From assembly GCA_963842885.1 (NCBI GenBank), contig CAWJIE010000002.1, positions 160,001 through 224,000 on the forward strand: a DNA stretch of 64,000 nucleotides. Reading direction: 5' to 3'. Positions 61,401 to 64,000 of the stretch are shown here, piece by piece. Each line of letters begins with the position of its first letter. Positions within the stretch are counted from its first letter, which is position 1. This DNA comes from an uncultured Nitrososphaerota archaeon (GTDB lineage: Archaea > Thermoproteota > Nitrososphaeria > Conexivisphaerales > DTJL01). Under the pieces are notes generated by a model. That model did not search any database. It was not told the origin of the DNA and saw only the letters and a list, made by a program, of their open reading frames with translations. Made by a program: the position numbers and the translations under genes.

Positions 61401-62123
61401 GAACTCCATGGTCCACTTCTCGTCGTTGACGCGTCGGTAGGCCATGCCTGGGAGGTTGCTCATCAAGGTAGAGAGAGACCTCTGACTTTCCTGTAGCTCC
61501 TCTTCCGCCTTCCTGATCCCGGAGACGTCGGTGATGGCAACCATGATGCCGACGATTTGCCCCGATGGGTCCCTTATGGGGGCAGTGGAAATCAAGCATT
61601 GAACGGTGGAGCCGTCCTTCTTTCGTGGCCTTATGGCCACGGCCGCATAACTCTCCCCCCTGAGGATTTCATCCTTCATTTTCCCGTATATTCCATGGGC
61701 TTCTTCGGTGTCAGGAAGGATGGGGTTGGGCCTTCCGATCACCTCGTCGGCCGTCCAGCCGAAAATGGACTCGGCCGTCTTGTTCCACGATAAGATGTTG
61801 TCGGCGGCATCCAGCGACGTGATGGCGACCGGCGACGCGCTGAAGATGGCCTGCATCTCGCGGTTGGCAGCTGAGAGCTGCCGGCGATAGAGGTCCTCTC
61901 TTTGAGTGTACTGCCGAACCAGGAGGAAGAGCACAAGCGAAGCGACGACGACGACTGCGCCGAAGAGCCCGACGGAGAAGAGCTCGCCCACCAGGCCGGT
62001 AGAGAGGAATGACTCTGCGACGGCCAACAGGATCATGAGCGCCCCGCCGGCGGCGAGGGTGAGGACCGTCAGGATGAGAGTGCGAGGATTGCTCCCGCTC
62101 CTCCCTTCCGGGGGCTCAGGCAT
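58491..62123 (-). CDS. Membrane-anchored 4xPAS-2xGAF histidine kinase (frameshifts near 60160 and 59960)
   Basis: Two N-terminal TMs, PAS units, GAF (SELVVPV...VLGVID), VGHDLRNPL, DTGAGI, GLGLGL. Confidence 0.92.
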
Positions 62124-62441
62124 AAGCTCTTGTTCCTGTAGGCTCGGTATTTAACCTTCACATGAGGCGGAAAAGGAGGTCTCATACAGGGCTGCCGGTC
62201 GAAGCGGGGCGTGTCAGGGCGCCACGATTTCGCTGGCCCTATTAGCTTTGTCAGCCATCTTCAACGAATTAAGGGACAGGTATCGGGCTCTCCTCAACAA
62301 CACACTCCTGGCTCTCTCTGCGGCGATTATCGCCATATCTGGTATGACATTCAATCTCCAATTCTGGAACAGGTGCTTCGTGCGTCTGACCTGGAGCACA
62401 ACGGTAGGAAGCGCATAGAGGTTTTCTGACTTCTGTAGGCC

Positions 62442-63536
62442 GTGGACGAGCGACGAGCTCCTCCCTGCGTCGGGCGTCGTCCAAGCAAGCGCCACTTCGG
62501 TGGAAACCTCAAAAAGGATGCCATCGAGCAATCATGTCGCAGAGGTGGGAGGACCGCGGACAGGAGGGTGGGATACGTCGGTGGCGGAGTCCTAGTCGTG
62601 CTGCTGGTCTTCGTCGCGGCATCCTGCTACATGCCTCCCTCGTCTTCCATTTCGTACGTCGTCGGAGACCCCGAGATCAGCGGGAACTCGACCTCCATCA
62701 CCTATCCTCCCGGCTACCAGGGGCTGGCGCAGTACGTGCTGGTCCTCATCAACCAAGACCGGTCAAGCTTGGGTGTTCAAGCGGTCAACTTGAGCGTCGT
62801 CCCCTCCGGGCAGCAGCATGCGAATTCGATGCTGTTCTTCGGCTACTTCAGCCACTGGGACACCCAGGGCCTGAAGCCTTACATGCGGTACAGTCTGCTG
62901 AACGGAACAGGGGCGGTCTTCGAAAACGTCGCCTGGCAAACCCAGAGTCCTTCTCGATACGCTAGCCTCGACGACCTGAAGTCGGCGCTAGTTGAGATGA
63001 ACGTGCAGATGATGTACGATGACTCCTCCTTCAACTGGGAGCACAGGAGCAACATACTTGATCCCAACCACGGCAGCGTCTCCCTGGGGATATCGTACGA
63101 CGAACACAACATGTACCTGGTGGAGGACTTTGAGAACACCTTCATCAACCTCACCAGTCCTCTGGGGTTGTCCGACGGTGTCCTCCAGATAGAGGGGACG
63201 ACTCCTTCCACACTCGACCTGACGGTGGCGGCAGTCTACATGGACGCCACACCCGCCAATATCAGCGTTAGCGCCCTGCGCCAGGACGCTCAATACACGG
63301 CCTCCTATGACCTGGGCAAAGAAATCGGAATCGTCCTGCCACCTTCCGACTACGGGATAACGGGCCCGCCTGGGACCCTATCTGCGAATGCCTTGACCTG
63401 GCAGACGGGACCGGGCCTGGTGAACCTGACCCTGCCTATGGAGCCATTCATCGCCTCTTTCGGCAGGGGAGTCTACACCGTCTACCTGCTGCGGTCGGAT
63501 GGAGAGGCCATTCTGAGCTACACCTTTTTCGTGTAG
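62442..63536 (+). CDS. Secreted CAP/SCP-domain protein (true start probably downstream)
   Basis: LINQDR, QQHANSM...YFSHWD, ENVA, HRSNILDP....V.LGI. Confidence 0.85.
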   Translation: MDERRAPPCVGRRPSKRHFGGNLKKDAIEQSCRRGGRTADRRVGYVGGGVLVVLLVFVAASCYMPPSSSISYVVGDPEISGNSTSITYPPGYQGLAQYVLVLINQDRSSLGVQAVNLSVVPSGQQHANSMLFFGYFSHWDTQGLKPYMRYSLLNGTGAVFENVAWQTQSPSRYASLDDLKSALVEMNVQMMYDDSSFNWEHRSNILDPNHGSVSLGISYDEHNMYLVEDFENTFINLTSPLGLSDGVLQIEGTTPSTLDLTVAAVYMDATPANISVSALRQDAQYTASYDLGKEIGIVLPPSDYGITGPPGTLSANALTWQTGPGLVNLTLPMEPFIASFGRGVYTVYLLRSDGEAILSYTFFV

Positions 63537-63588
63537 GGAATCCCGCTCGTCGCAAAGAGCCATGGTTTCAAAATGGCGCGGCAGAGAA

Positions 63589-64000
63589 TCAGGCGGTCCC
63601 CTTCGTCGCGTCTTCCATGGCCTTCCTGAAGACGGCCTCCCTCCGCTCGACGATCCTGTAGTAGTAGAACATCACCAGACCGGCGAAAACGAGGGTCGCA
63701 CCCCAGTATATGCCGAGGCTGACCTGGTAGTACTGAACCCAGTCCCCTCTCACCGAGACGCTGTAGGTGGAATTGTACGACGTAATCATCAGGACGAAAG
63801 GGTTGAAGTACTTGACGGGTATCGTCAGGTTTGCGGTGGGGACGGTTTGGTCCAGCGTTATCAGATACGCGTCAGGGAGGTTGCCCGAAGGGTCCTGTTG
63901 CACGATTTGTAGGGTAACCGTTCCCGAACCGCCCTCAGAGGCCTGCACGTTCAGTGACTGTCCTGCCCTTGTTGGAGGGGTTTCTTCCAAGTCGGTCCAA
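63589..64000 (-). CDS. Hypothetical membrane protein, C-terminal part (runs off window)
   Basis: Beta-rich segment, C-terminal TM and charged tail. Confidence 0.55.
   Translation of the reverse strand, partial: WTDLEETPPTRAGQSLNVQASEGGSGTVTLQIVQQDPSGNLPDAYLITLDQTVPTANLTIPVKYFNPFVLMITSYNSTYSVSVRGDWVQYYQVSLGIYWGATLVFAGLVMFYYYRIVERREAVFRKAMEDATKGTA

Noticed and set aside
62211-62531. Short ORFs between kinase 3 and the CAP gene
   Set aside because: Atypical codon usage and no motifs. Probably divergent promoter or intergenic sequence.

Overview
GC-rich archaeal chromosomal segment. Gene content points to a TACK archaeon, probably a non-ammonia-oxidising Nitrososphaerota or Bathyarchaeia relative (inference from TATA-type promoters, a Sec11/SipW-type peptidase, DUF929, MEDS and a GH57/GT4 glycogen cluster). 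About 20 single-base frameshifts split otherwise ordinary genes, which looks like long-read assembly error rather than decay. Contents in order: a surface-glycosylation cluster (1-7.3 kb); a three-gene SipW-type signal peptidase plus pilin-like operon resembling TasA/archaeal bundling pili (10.1-13.5 kb); a Cys-rich cation transporter, a stand-alone Cdc48 N-domain and an HTH coiled-coil protein; DedA and an ABC-2 exporter; three multi-PAS histidine kinases; a glycogen/alpha-glucan cluster (37.8-46.8 kb); a non-coding array of helically phased GAAC motifs (47.75-47.86 kb); and a VKOR/DUF929 pair. The strongest candidate for an undescribed system is an intact, translationally coupled five-gene operon at 23.0-30.7 kb. 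It encodes an 886-aa tubulin/FtsZ-superfamily GTPase with a ~400-aa coiled-coil insert, a probable GTPase-dead tubulin-fold partner with a Zn ribbon, a polytopic membrane protein, a surface-exposed single-pass protein and a PH-like protein. No rRNA, tRNA, CRISPR array or transposase was recognised. All family calls are from motif recognition by eye, with no database searches.
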